Positions 9,782 to 22,771 of a stretch of 64,000 bases of DNA are shown piece by piece. The notes beneath the pieces are model-generated. The model had not been told where the DNA came from. It worked only from the letters and a program-made list of their open reading frames with translations, and made no database searches. The position numbers and the translations under genes were made by a program. Origin of the DNA: Anthoceros angustus (taxonomy: Eukaryota > Plantae > Anthocerotophyta); assembly GCA_010909165.1 (NCBI GenBank), contig MU008191.1:62001-126000 (forward strand). Reading direction: 5' to 3'. The stretch's first letter is position 1. Each line of letters starts with the position of its first letter.

Positions 9782-12361
9782 TCCTGCTCCCTCCAGCTTC
9801 CAGAGGCCTCCGGGCGTTTCAATCCTGCGCCTTGCGCATCCTCGGTGCCGGGGTCCTCCGGATCCGGATGATTCGGCTTCTCCCGCGCTGGACGCCGAGC
9901 CCGGGCCGGGAGCTCACAAATCTGCAGGCGGCCGCGCGCACAGGCTGCCCGGGTTTATGGGCTGGGCAGCCTGGACTGGGCGACATCAGATCCGGGTTGA
10001 TGGAGAGAGTGGAGAGCGGAGACGTGTCTCGATGGGAAAGACGTCCCGATGCCTTGCTGTATGACTGTAGCTGGCACTGTGTGGCTGTCACCATGGCCAT
10101 GGTCGTTCACTGCCCCATTCCAAGACGCAGCGTTTGGGCCGTCGGGAGTCGGCACCGCCCGGGGTCTACGCAGCTGCTCACGCAATTGCGGGCTCAGATA
10201 ATGCTTGCCCCGCTCTCTACCTCCCAGCACAAGACAAGGTGCTATCTGCTGGCTTTGGAAACATCACACGCCAGAATCTTCGGTGCTGTTTTTCTTCTCT
10301 CCTCCGCCGTCCCAGTTCGTGCGGACGAACCCTGCCCTCACACCTGTTGCGTCTCCTTCCTCTCATCATCATGCTGACCTGCAGAGCTGCGCCCACTGTT
10401 TGCCGACAAGGAACATGTGATATATTCTCTCATGTCTTCCATGTCTTCATGTCCATATGGCAACAAGGATGCAACCTGGCCAGAGCTGTGGAATGGCGGA
10501 ACACAGTATGGATAACCTTTGTGTCAGGAACGCATTCACTTCTCACGTGTGAGCATCTATACATAAGCAGCTTGTCCTGAGAAATCGAGCCTGGCCAGGT
10601 TCAGCATGGCAGGAAGAACAGCGGAACTTCACGTTCCGCGTAGGGTTCCTCCCTTCCATTTGCATGGCACAGAAGCGTGATGTTGTGCGCACTCGGCAGA
10701 TACGAAAGCTTGCAGCCGAGACTGCTTTTACATTGCAGAGGAAGGCTTCTGGGGTGAACACCTGGAGACGGAGGAAGCCAGGTTGATAGAAAGGAGAGTC
10801 CGAGTCAAATGAATTCTCCACACCATGATTGTGATTGGCACCAGACAAGCAGGCCTGAAATCTTGCAGCGAGTGTCCCAAGGCCCTGCAGCCGATCAAGG
10901 AAGCAAGTGCTTTGCTGATGAAAAAGTTCTGCGGCCAACAGCTGATTGGAACCCATGCATCGAATAGCATTTGCATGCTGCCGGCCAGGGGTAGTCTTCC
11001 ATGACATGTGAGCCATGAATTCTCTTCTAAAGCGATGCTGTACGTCATGCCATCGCACTTAGAATGCGCGATGGGACATATCTAGCTGAGCTGCAGAGCG
11101 CAGACCACCACCCACCATGATTCTTTGTTGCAGTCTTCTCCCAAATCTTTTACAAATTTCTTGGCACAACCAGAGGATTCTATGGTATATACTGACTGCA
11201 CTGGGCATCCCCTGTAAGGATTCCCGATCCAGTTTTGAAAGACTGGCTGTCTGAATGCCGCACTCAAGATTTGATATTTATTTTATTTTATCAGATGTAA
11301 ATTACACATCATCAACCTGAACCTGCGGTATTTCACAGATTACAATGCGGGTTCTATTGATGAAAATGGGAACCCATTGGATAAGCGAGATTTCCTACGC
11401 GCTGCGTTCAGGGTATGGTAGAGTACCTATGCAGGAAACGTGATAAGAAAAGGTCCTTGTGAAACAGGAAAGAAAGGGGTGTTAGGTGGGGCCGCGCGTC
11501 ATCCATTTCCTTACCTTACTTGCTGCCTTTCCTTTCCTTGGAGTTTGCGTGGAGTTCGAACATCCAGCCAGCTTCGGCCTGGGGATCGATCTGGCCGCCT
11601 CTACCATGGAGGTCGCTCTGTGATCCGGTGTTTCGGCGACAGGACCTTGCCTTTGCAGAAGGCGGTGGGACACGGTTTCTGTTTGCTTGCCGCTTGAGCA
11701 ATTTCAAGCGGAATTCGGGTAGCCACCGGGTGTTCTGCTGGGGAGGAGAGTGGATCGTGTCGTTGTTTCCGTGTTTGTGGGATGGTTAAATGGAGTGATA
11801 GCGGTGCTGTTCGAAGGTGAGCCCCAGCGCTGGAGTGCATTGCGTGCCGGGGGTGCAGCAGAGCGTGGTGGACAGCGGGGGGAATCTTGAATATTGTTTG
11901 TGCCGCACGGGATCTGAAGAGGAGTGCTGGAGTGGATTGTATGGGGGAGCAGGTGGAGCCCTGCGTTTCGATCTGGCAGCTGCAGGGCAGATGACGTCCG
12001 GGGCGTGGTGGTGGAGAGATTTCTCCTGACCGGAGCTTTGTGGACCTCTGTGGACCTCTGTGGAGCAGCATTCGGATTTCGGGGACTTGTATATTTTCTT
12101 GCAGCTGAGGAACGGAGGGACGTGAAATTGGTCATTCTGGAGGGACGTGAGAGTGTGCGCTGCCAGAATGGGTGATGCGCGTGGGCGTCCAGATTTGGCT
12201 ACGGGTGTTGGCGCCTCCGATGACCTAATGTTGACGGCTGTGTCGTACACCTTGGCGTTGTGTTGCTGTCAGGTTGGGGATATGTATGGGGAAGGGTGAC
12301 GCGGTTATGGATAGGAGCTGTAGGTAGGGAGGCGTCTTGGCAGGAGAAATATTCGGGAGTA

Positions 12362-15300
12362 ATGGATCCGGAACAGACCTTCATGCGAGTGCATGCCCGG
12401 CTTTCCGGGGTGCTTGCGCGGCTCTTGACTCCTCGGTTCAGGACACTGTTGGAGTACCTGTTCCTGATGAACGCTCTGCTGCTCCTGGGGCTGCTTGTAA
12501 ATATGCACGTCAACTTTGTGGGCCAGGTGTTGTCTTGGGCAATCCAATTGAAGGCTTGGCCTGTCGTTGTGCATTTTGGTCTCATGGCTCATAGTGGTGG
12601 ATTTTGGCAGCGTGTGAAATCGTTTAGGTTTGAACCTCGCTAATGCCTTCTTCTTCTGTCGGGTTGCAGCCTGGATGTGCGAGTGCATTCTGGAAGGAGG
12701 AAGGGTTGCAAGATGCACAGATTATTCAGATAAAGGTGCGTGTGAATATAACCGCTCGGTTTTATCTTTCCTGGCCAACGACGTCTCTTAACATACCCTG
12801 AATTGTACTAGCAGATCACAGACAGCTGGATGAGAACGACAGAGGAGACTCTCAGGAGTAGGATCTTGCCTCGGTTGCAGCACATAGAGCATAGGGCTGC
12901 AGCAGGTTCCTCTGATCCGGATGAAAAGTATGATGAAGTTCCAGATGAAGGGGGGAATGTTCTGGCAGCAAAGTTTTGGTTGAATCTTATTGGAACGAGG
13001 AAGAGTCAAGCGCTGAAGAGGCATGCCAAGGCCGGAAAATCAGATAGCTGTGTTGTGGAAACTCCTACTTCTGTGGCCATCCCCCCTGGAAGAGGGGACC
13101 CTCACCAAACAGAAACTGAGCACAGTGCTCCGGAAGTTCTGGGCAAAGGCCCTGTGAAGTCGGCTCTACTCCACTATATCAGCAGCTGGAGCAGCTACAG
13201 TAGTTCTTTGTTAAAACGATCGGAGCAAAATCTGAAGACTTTCTGGCAGCTCTGGGTGAGTGAAACAGTTCAAAGTCCATGCCTCCTTCCCCTCTAGGAT
13301 CAATGTGTTGTGGCTCTGAGGGTCTTTCCAGTACAGGTTTCAGAATGCGGCTTGTACATTCTTTGAAACAGGGGGGGAGGAAAAAGCTAGGGAGATTTGC
13401 AGGTTCTGGAGACATGGAGAGGAAGCGGGAGGTACTACAATCAACATAACTTAATTTTGTCACAATCTTCTTTGAGCTTGAAGTGTAGCATTTACCCACA
13501 TTGATTGCCGTCGTGCACGGGCTGCACAAATTGTTTCCGAATTTTGCAGTGATTATTTTCTGCTGAGGACAGTGGGTTATGTTTTGGTGTTTTTCAGCAT
13601 GAGCACGATGTAAATCTGTCTGTATGGTGATCAAAACTTGAGAGTGCAGAGGATTGCAGGTTGGGAGTCTCCTGACGGGTCAATCGAGAGTGATTCTGGC
13701 CCTGTTGCCTGGAACAAGCTTGATGCAGTTACAGGTGAGCAAGTCGTTGCAGATGAACTTGCCCTTGATGTTGAGGAGCAATGTTAGAAAATTCATACTG
13801 CGGATCTGGCTAGTTTTACTGCAGAGCGGCCTAAGTGCTATGCTAAAATGTTCTCCACAGACAGATGACCTCAATGGCCAGACATTTCTGGTTTTGCTGT
13901 ATGTGTACATCTATGTCTTCTCTGAAGGTGAGCATCGTGTTGCAGATGGACGCAGTAGGATGATTGAGCCGACATATCTGTACAGTACGGAAAAGGTGAG
14001 AATCTGCATCTGTAGTGACTGGCACTGCAGTAGCTTTGCAAGAGTCATCAAGTAGAGGCTTTTATTTGATGGGGATATGTGCTGCTGCAGGGCTTCTTAA
14101 TGCTATCAGAGACTGCTAAGCACCGCAACAATGTGCGGAAACTGAATATCAGCATCTCAGCTCAAGATCTATGCTTTGGCAACAGGTTGGTGAGATTGGG
14201 GAATAAGTCTTTTTTGAGTGAGGGTGAGGTCCTTGCGAAGATTCTCCAGGCCGTCAGCCAATTCTCCGATTTGAAGCATTGGTTCACTCAATGGCTTGTG
14301 ATATGTATGGGTCTGTTTTCTGGCTCTATATGCAGGTGGCAGCAGTTTGTTATCGACAACTTTGTTGGCTACGACACTATCTTGATGAACAGTTTGCTGA
14401 ATGTCACGGGGAATGGTAACTAATACTGCAGTGCACTCTTGTGCTTGAATTTTTAGTTGCTGATGAAGTTCGTTGCACGACCAGTGGGGCGCTTGTAGCC
14501 AACACGTCGTCTGTTCTGTGGATAGGCTATCTGTACAATTTCCAAACGAAGGAACTGTACAATCTCAACTATCTGCAAGACTTTAGTGGAGTTCCTCATG
14601 GCCTGGATGGTAGGACCCGTTGAGTTTCTTTTCCTCAAGTGTCTAGTTACTTCTATACAGGCTAACAACCCCATGATGGTCATCTCCAGATTTTATTGTG
14701 TTCAAATGTGGCGTGCTCATCACTTCTTTATTTGTTTTTTTCACAACAACTATGTCTGTCTCCTTCACCCTGCGGGAGACTCAGTCTCGGATGCTTAAGT
14801 TTACTGGTACAGTCTTGGTTTCCGCTACATCTCCTCTTTTCGTTTGGACTCGTCTACGGCCAGCCTCACCGTGCCTGATTGGCTTTTTTGTGCATGCTAA
14901 TTGTAGTGCAACTTCAGCATCATGCCCGCCACCGGTTGCCGACCTACCGACTTATCTTTGTGCATGTGGTGGAATCTCTGGTTTTTGTGCCGGTGAGTAC
15001 TTGTTTGGTCGCGCAGTTGTAAATCTTTGGAATTTGTGTTGGAGATACATAGATGCAATGTCAACTATACTCCTAACCTTGTCCTGATGGATTGCACTTG
15101 CTTACCTTGCAGATAATGATTGGAATATTGTTCTTTTTGTTCGAGTTCTTCGATGATCAGCTACTTGCTTTCATGGTCCTTACACTTGTGTGGCTTTGCG
15201 AGCTGTTCACCATGATCAGGTAACAGAATTTGTTTCAGACTTACCTCAGGTTGCAAATGTTGTAAGAAATCGGTTGATAATGACACGCGATTCCTGGTTT

Positions 15301-16309
15301 GCAGTGCCCGAACAGTACTGTCAATGCAGTACTTTCCGCGTTTCTTTTTCTTGTATTTCATGGTCTTCCACATATATTTTTTCTCCTACACGTATGGTAA
15401 GTTGGGGCCGAACAAGATAAACATGAGGTTCCTTGCCTGTCTCGTGGATTGCCGTCATGGATTTGGTAGACAGGGAATTAATTTGCGGGTTTGGAGGTTG
15501 TTCAGGTTTTTCCTACCTTGCGTTTTCGACAGCTGGAGCCTTTATGCAGCACCTAGTTCTGTACTTCTGGAACCGATTTGAGGTACGGGAAACAATGCAT
15601 TTGAGTTTTGGCGTACTCTGATTTTGTACATACATCGTAGTCTTGGGATTGCAACATGCAGTATTGAAAGATGTGCCTTTGTATGGAGTAGGTGCCAGCC
15701 TTGCAAGCCTATCTGCGAAGGAGGACCATCTTGCACCATCAAGGTGTGCACATACACTCTACTCTTTTTGCCACTACTGTCCAGGTTGCGAGGGCAAGCC
15801 CAAACAGTGGTGCAAATCAGCAGGGTGATGCTCATCATCAGACTAATGCAGCACATGGCAGCTCATTACAGAACCCATTCCAAGGAGACAGTAGAGGTAG
15901 TTCTAATGTAGGTAGATCAGGTAATAGTAACGACATTCTTTCAGGCAGCCAGAATGGTGTTGGGTTGACGGGTAGCGAGACCGAAAGGAGCAGCGACGTA
16001 AGGGCAAGTAGAGAGAGTCTTGGAGGTGCAGAAACAGGTGTACGTCTGTCACATGGCAGTGACAATGCCCTTGCACCGCCCACTGCATACACTGCCTTCG
16101 GCTCTGTTCTGCCATGGATTTTCGGGGGGCCAACAGGTGGCATAGTTTCTCTTCTGCCCATCTTCAGGGAGACAAGGGACCAGGAGTTTGACTCGGCTGC
16201 CGTGACACAACAGGATGACTTGACTCAGCGCTCATCGCAGAGGGAAAGTGGTAGCGAAGAAGGTTCGAGGCACAGGCGGGCCCATCAGCCAGAAGGTAAC
16301 GCAAGCTAA
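12362..16309 (+). CDS. Membralin (TMEM259-like) multi-pass ER membrane protein, multi-exon
   Basis: MDPEQTFMRVHARLS, GYDTILMNSL, GYLYNFQTKELYNL, LFVFFTTTMSVSFTLRETQ.RMLKFT, LQHHARHRLPT, FPRFFFLYFMVFHIYFFSY, FMQHLVLYFWNRFE and LPWIFGG match plant membralin-like proteins as recalled; exons are bounded by GT-AG. Confidence 0.92.
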
Positions 16310-16709
16310 GGAGTTTTGGTCGACGGCAGCAGGCCAGTCTCTTTCGTGGGTGAAAGCCATGTCACGCAGGGCCGTGCAATGCTGAAAGACAACTACAGTA
16401 GCAGTAGGGATGGTGGAGCGTCCAACCTGTTACTGCTCATCTCACTTGAAGGTGGAAGATTGCAGCCGCACAACTGTCCGATGACGAGCTTGTACTTTAG
16501 AGCAGGTGATCACACCTCGGCCCAGATGGGCATTCGAGTGCTGATTCCAAACGAGGCTGGCAGTGGTGCGGGAATTATGAGTCGGTACAGTGAGTCGGAT
16601 GTCGTAACGTTATATAACTTGTAAAGAGGCTTTATAATGACAATTCCCCTGTATAGTATTTCTGAGGGCCTGTCAAGTACAGGAACTCATGAGACACCAA
16701 CAGTGAATT

Positions 16710-17543
16710 TCATCTTGTCTGAATGCCTCCAAGGAAGGTTCTGGGATTGGGGCAGCTGCCTGTAACTTCAGCTTGCGAGAAGTCGAAGCCAGGGTGCTGC
16801 AGGTGCGAGACACAAGAGGCATCAGATCGTGCAGCCAGAGGCAGAGGAAGGTAAAGGAAGGAAGGCTGTGATGTACCGTACCTCGGTTTGAAAACGCTCC
16901 AGCATGAGGCGGCGCTGCTCTTGATCCACCGCATACGCATCCACATTGTGTCCCTTGATGGCAGCAGGCCAGGTCTCCCCTATAGACCTCTTGTGGAGAG
17001 TGATGTGCATGGTCCCGTCCTCTGCACGACCAGTCGTGCATCAGCCAATCCACACAAGTTAATCCAATCTTCTAGAAGCCTGCATGTTCTGCTTACCGAT
17101 TGTCCAAAACGACGAATCCAGCTTCACTGCTCCAGCCAGATGATCCTATCAAACAACACAAGCCACACCGAGTAAGCGACACCGTCTACTCTCCTCCTCC
17201 TTGCCTTCCACGCGCAACACGCAGTTCCAGAGCAGCGGCAACCTTCAGGTAAGGCGGATTCCCCTTGATCCCCAGCTCCACGTGCTGCGGCTGGATGTTG
17301 CAATACAGACTCCTAGATGTCACGCCTGCCGGCAAGGCTATGTACATGTTCACCTCGTCCAGCGACTGATCCCACTCGTACACAGTTTGCCCTACGCAAG
17401 AAGCCACCAGCCGGCAGGTTGAGCAACAAACATCATCAGCGCTGCACCCTACATGAGCGCGGAGCTGAGCTGAGCGGAGCGGAGCAGAGCGCACCATTAA
17501 AGGTGAACTTGTGTCGCTGCGCGGGGGCGAGCTTCTCCGACAT
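16710..17543 (-). CDS. NudC/CS-domain co-chaperone (NUDCD2/NMig1-like), multi-exon
   Basis: MSEKLAPAQRHKFTFNG|QTVYEWDQSLDEVNMYI...LGIKGNPPYL...DAYAVDQEQRRLMLERFQ..HPGFDFSQAEVTGSCPNPRTFLGG*. Confidence 0.92.
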
Positions 17544-18257
17544 CCTTCCTGCCTTCTACAAACCCGCAAAGCCGACTGCACATGCTGCGGGCAACAACAA
17601 CACTGCCAGGTCGGTGAACCAAGCCTAAAAATTGTCACTTCACTCTCCCCCTTGATGTGAGACACAAACCTCATCCGCTGCTTCGATTGCACTCTCATCC
17701 AGCATGCGTCTCGCAATGCTCTTTCACGATCCCTCATCTCATGGCACTTGTTCTGCCATGCCAGGCCGGTGCAGACAAACATGCAGGAGCTGCTTCCGGC
17801 GCCATCACATGAGCTCTACAGTCCAGCTCCGGCTCCAGCTCCAGCTCCTGCGAGCCTGGTCCACCGGCACGGCATCTTCTCGACTGCTGCCTAACAGGAG
17901 TTTGGGAGCCGATTAGCGCAGGATTAAGCGAGAGAGTTCAACCGCCTTGCTGGTGAACCGTGACCGAGGAACGAACGAATGAACTGCAACGGACACCGGT
18001 AAAACAGACGCCACCCACCTGCGATTCGAACCTCACGAGTTGATAAGAAGCAAAGCGCTCTCCAGCTACCTTGCTGCCTGTCGGACGACAGCGGGTGGAG
18101 GTAGCATCTCCGGCATCCGGTGACTTGGCATCTCTGCTTCTGCCTTTGCTTCCTTCTTCTTCCATCGTCCTGTTGCCGGGGACATGCATGCATTCCAGGC
18201 CGGCCCGGCGTTGATGTGAGCCTGCGCTGCCCGTCCCGGCGCTGAAGCTTGCCGGCC

Positions 18258-21200
18258 ATGGCGCTGTGCCTGTGCCCGTCGTCGGCCGTGCTGGTGCAGC
18301 ACCGTCAGACCGTGGGCTTGGAGGCCTCGCATTCCGGGAGGCGCGGGGGCGAGGCTGCCGGCTGGGGGGGCGGTCTCGCCAGGCGGGAGCGGGTCGGCCT
18401 GAGGTGGGCTCGGCCGCGGGGGACCGGGCCACTGCCTGCAGCGCGCGGGAATGGCAGGGGTGTCGTGCGGGTGAGGTGGCCTTGTCGAGTCAGTCTCGTT
18501 TGCTGCGTTTTGGATTGTGGGTTTGGGATGTTTGAATTCTGGATCCCGGGGTTGGAGGGGAGGGATCTGATGCCGGGACGATGTTGCCAGTGTTCCGCAG
18601 CTGCGTCCGGCTCTGCGCCTTGGAAGGTGATGATATCCGGGGCCCCGGCGTCTGGGAAGGGCACTCAATGCGAGTTTATCAAGCAGCAGGTGAGGGAGTT
18701 GGGTGTGGCGTTGGATTTGTTGTGGTGGGTTTGTGGAATTCTGCAGTTCCGTGTGCACGGACCGATTGTGGATTTTGTTGTGGCAGTTCAATCTGGTGCA
18801 TATCGCGGCAGGTGATCTGCTGCGTGCGGAGTTGGCAGCAGGGACTGATGTCGGGAAAGAGGCCGAGAAGTACATGAACCTGGGCCAGTTGGTGCCGAAC
18901 GATATTGTGGTCACGGTATGCGTCTCGGGTGGAAGTCAGTGAATACATGCTCTTTTGGTTCAGTGACCTAACGGCAAGGAATTCCGTGTCACGTTCGTCG
19001 GTCTGCAGATGGTGAAGGACAGGTTGTCACGGCAGGATGCAGTTGCTCAAGGATGGTTGCTTGATGGATATCCTAGAAGCTTGTCGCAGGCTGAGGCTCT
19101 TGAAAAGCTGAACATCAGGCCCCAGCTTTTCATATTGCTGGAGGTGAGATGACTGGTGAAAGGCTACGTGAATCGTCGTCTGTCTGCACAGCTGGCAAGT
19201 CTCTGCTTGTCTTTGTACAAGCTGATTCCAAGTGTACGTGGTTGTTAGGTTCCAGATGAAATTCTTGTTGAGCGAGTTGTAGGCAGGAGGATAGACCCTG
19301 TGACTGGGAAGATCTACCACCTCAAGTTCAGTCCCCCTGAAAATGAAGAGATTGCAGCTCGACTTACCCAACGCTCTGATGACACAGAGGAAAAGGTGCG
19401 ATTGTGTTTTGCAAAACAGACTGTAACCTGTCACCATCCTCAAGAAATCCGTTATCAGCTTTTTTCCTGGTACCAAATATTTGGGCAGGTCCAACTGCGG
19501 TTGCAAACCCACCACAAAAATGTTGCTGCGGTGCTGTCAGTCTACAAGGACGTAATCAGAAGGGTAAGATTATCTTTCTGCACATGAACTGAGGGTTGGC
19601 AGCTATCTGCTGTGCAAAGTTGTCACAAAGATAGGGATCGCATATTTCTGCAGTCATGTGTTCAAGGAATCGAATCATGTTTGCCATTCCTTGCTGTTGT
19701 TTGTGTGTTTTCTTACTCTGGACTGTTTGAACCCTTAGGTTAAAGGGAACCGCAATAGCAAATTGGTGTTTAAAGACATTGAAAAACTGATGTCAAAGAA
19801 AAAGCGTCGTTAACTGCAGACTTTTCCCACTTGTGTTCTTCGTACTTCAAGTTTTGGCAGCTGATTTCTGCTTATGTGGAGTTTGTCTGATTTATTAGGT
19901 CAATGGGAATCGTCCGAAGCCAGAGGTTTCTGCGGAAATCTATAATCTTCTGTCAGAACTGCAAGAGAAAAATGAGGAGGTCGGTGATTCCGTGGTTGCT
20001 GGTGGTCGCTAAATTTGCATGGCCGAAGTTTTCTGATATTGTGGGGCTGCAGTATAGAAGCTGTGAGTGGTCTTTAATTCAAAGAGCTACGTCTGTACGG
20101 TAGCTTTAGGTGGGATTTTAGTAGTTCAATCTAATTAGTCGACTTAAACAATAATTACTCAGCTTTGTTAGATAGTCCTACAGCAGAGAACCATTTTTTA
20201 CAACATTCATGCCAATCCCTTGGGACGAACGATGTCCCGGTTTGCATTCTGCATCTTAGCAGCTGTTTGGTGTGTTGTCTGAAACTAGGGTTTTTATGAC
20301 CACGTCCTGGCATTACCATGGGCACACCATGTCCACGGAGTGTACTCTTAACTCAAGCATCTGCTTAGCCATCGCATTTCTGGAGCAAAAAAATGCTCGA
20401 TGCACTAGATCTACAAGCCCAGGTCAATCCTTCCCCTCACGGCTAGAGTTTGCAAGCTCCCAACTTAGGGATAGCTTTCATCGAAACGAGCAGGATTCAA
20501 CTCACGAGGAGCCTCGTTGTACATTAGCTGAAGTCCCTGCCCTTGGGCTTGTCCTTGAATTAAACTTTGCCGTCAACTGAATTGGTCGGCCCACCTCTTC
20601 AGGGTGTCAAGCTTACATGTAGAAATATGCTAGGAAACAACACCTCCTTGCAGTCAGCTTGAATCTGACAGCCTATCTTGGCACCAGAGTCTGAGACTTA
20701 ACTGTGCACTTCATGAAGAAACTAGCTTTGTTCGTGGTCCTGTGGGGACCCGACAGAAGTTTTGATTGGTTCATGTGCAAAAACGTTTTGTTCAGCCAGA
20801 CATCGACAATGTTCCCAGGCTCCCTCCACTGGAAAAGGTACATGGTATTTGCTGTTGTGGGCTTACTGAAGAGGTGGTTGTTCCATTTCCGGTTCCAACC
20901 AGTTGTTACACTTTGGCAGAATTGGAGGGGGATACCTACTAAGCTGAACAGCATTCCTCATTCAAGAGAGATACGTGCTTACTTCTACAAAGACGTCTGT
21001 GAAGCTGCAAAGAGAGCTGTGGAAGATGGACTTCACAAACTCAGGGTATGCTATGTTATCCTGGATGTTATTTCTTCACTGCGTAGCACCGCAATGGATG
21101 CATGTGGTGCAAGTGTGGGAATTCCATTAGGAGGGCTGTTCGACTAATCCTGCTATGTTGAATGGACCAGATTCAGATGACCATCCCAGAGCTGAACCCT

Positions 21201-22771
21201 GAGATGGTACGCTATGATTCTTATGCTGCCTAACCTTGTTGTGGGAATATGTGATTTTGTGGGAACTTAAAAAGTTTTGTGCAGGATGTCTACAGAATTG
21301 GCACACTCCTGGAACTTATACGGGAGCTTGCCTTCACTTTTGCGAATGACGGAAAACGCGTCCGGGTCTAAGATCTTCTCCCCACCCAAATAGCTGACAG
21401 GCCAGTCGTGCTCACAGGATTTATTCCCCATCTGGAGCAAACGCCATCTAGGACTGAAACAATGTTAGCTTGTGGTTCAGGTTTGTGTCCAGGGTTCAAT
21501 GGGAGAGGGCATATTTGCAGGTATGCCCTTGCAACTAGCTGGGACAAGAAGAATGTTGGAGGCCATGGACTGGGGGGAGTATGGTGCAAAGGGAGCGTTT
21601 ATCAACATTGGATCAGTAGGTAGTGCACCCTTGCGCTATTGCAGCAGTCGAGCTTCCTGGTTCTTAGGCAACAGTGTAATCAGATTTAAAACCTTGCAGG
21701 TGCAAAGGAAGTCACTGATCAGGATGACATGTTCATACTAATGGCACCCCAGAATGCAACTGGTAACTGTATCATTGACGTAAGTGTGTCACACCTGATG
21801 TCGACCAATCTGCTGCCAGTAGTGGATTTGATATATGTTTGATGGATTCTACGTCTGAGGTCTTACCCGTTCACATATATTGTTGCAATAGGATCTGCAA
21901 GCAATGGTGACTGCAGCAGGCGAAAGGCCTGTTATTATAGTAAACCCAAGGCTCAAGGTATCATCCCGCTCTATAGAATTGTCCTGGTTGCAAATTTATT
22001 TTGTATTATTGATCTCACTGTTCCTCCTTGTGGATCGGTTCTCGTTTGCAGGACTTGCCCGGTGCTGGAGGAGTTATGCAAGTGAGTACCAGGAACTTGT
22101 ACTTGCTTTGGTTGATTGTAATTGGAAATTATGTTAGCTGACCAAAAAGTTACGTCGTGCTTCAGGTCAGAGGAAGGCAAGAACGATTGGATTTCGTTGC
22201 CTCTTTCTTCACTTGTTACAACTTTCGGCTCCTTTATCTGTCAGGAACTCAGTACCCAATTCTGGGAGCCTTGCGGTATTTCTATCTTCCCAAATGCTGC
22301 TTTTCGTGACGCAAACGAGTTCCAGTCAATCCTTCTGGCTTACAGCGCTGCCTCCTGGATCTGACTTATAAGTATTTCAGAATGGCCTACCCACACTCGT
22401 ACGAAGTTTATCAAAGGTTGGACACAGAGCAAGGAAGTGAGAAATACGCGTTACTGGGCACCTTTCCTGAAGAACCAAGCGGATCCGAAATTGGGGATGC
22501 TTTCGAAGGGCGAACAAGGTACTAAACAGCTTCTCCAGTTACTCGGGTTGCATATCTGCTTGCTTTAGCTGCCAATCTGGCCTGTCCGCAATGAATATTA
22601 TCTCTTGGGTGTTGTCTCACAGGACCAAAGCTACTCCTACGGGCTTCTGGTAAGTCTTGTGACCGGTGATATCATTTAAGCTTCAGTCTATATGTGTCGG
22701 GGGTATAAAATGGTTGGCTTACATATCATATCCTGATCATCCGCAGGGGTTTCCTGAGCAGCATTTTTTGA
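18258..22771 (+). CDS. AMK5: Plastid adenylate kinase with C-terminal DUF1995 domain (AMK5-like), multi-exon
   Basis: Transit-peptide-like N-terminus; P-loop [29 protein letters not shown] and [14 protein letters not shown]; then [68 protein letters not shown] and the terminal WGFLSSIF* (TGA 22769-22771). Confidence 0.93.
19739..19813 (+). CDS. Putative alternative terminal exon 6a of the adenylate kinase gene ([24 protein letters not shown])
   Basis: Acceptor CCCTTAG ends at 19738 in phase 0, matching the exon 5 donor at 19564. It is homologous to the downstream exon 19899-19979 ([18 protein letters not shown]..) and ends in TAA. Confidence 0.7.
   Translation, partial: VKGNRNSKLVFKDIEKLMSKKKRR

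Noticed and set aside
10543-11300. 171-aa minus-strand ORF and a stop-interrupted plus frame
   Set aside because: No family motif, and stop density in the plus frame is not clearly below random expectation.
16316-16624. 102-aa ORF right after the membralin stop
   Set aside because: Non-ATG start, lies in the probable 3' UTR, and membralin already ends with its expected C-terminal motif region.
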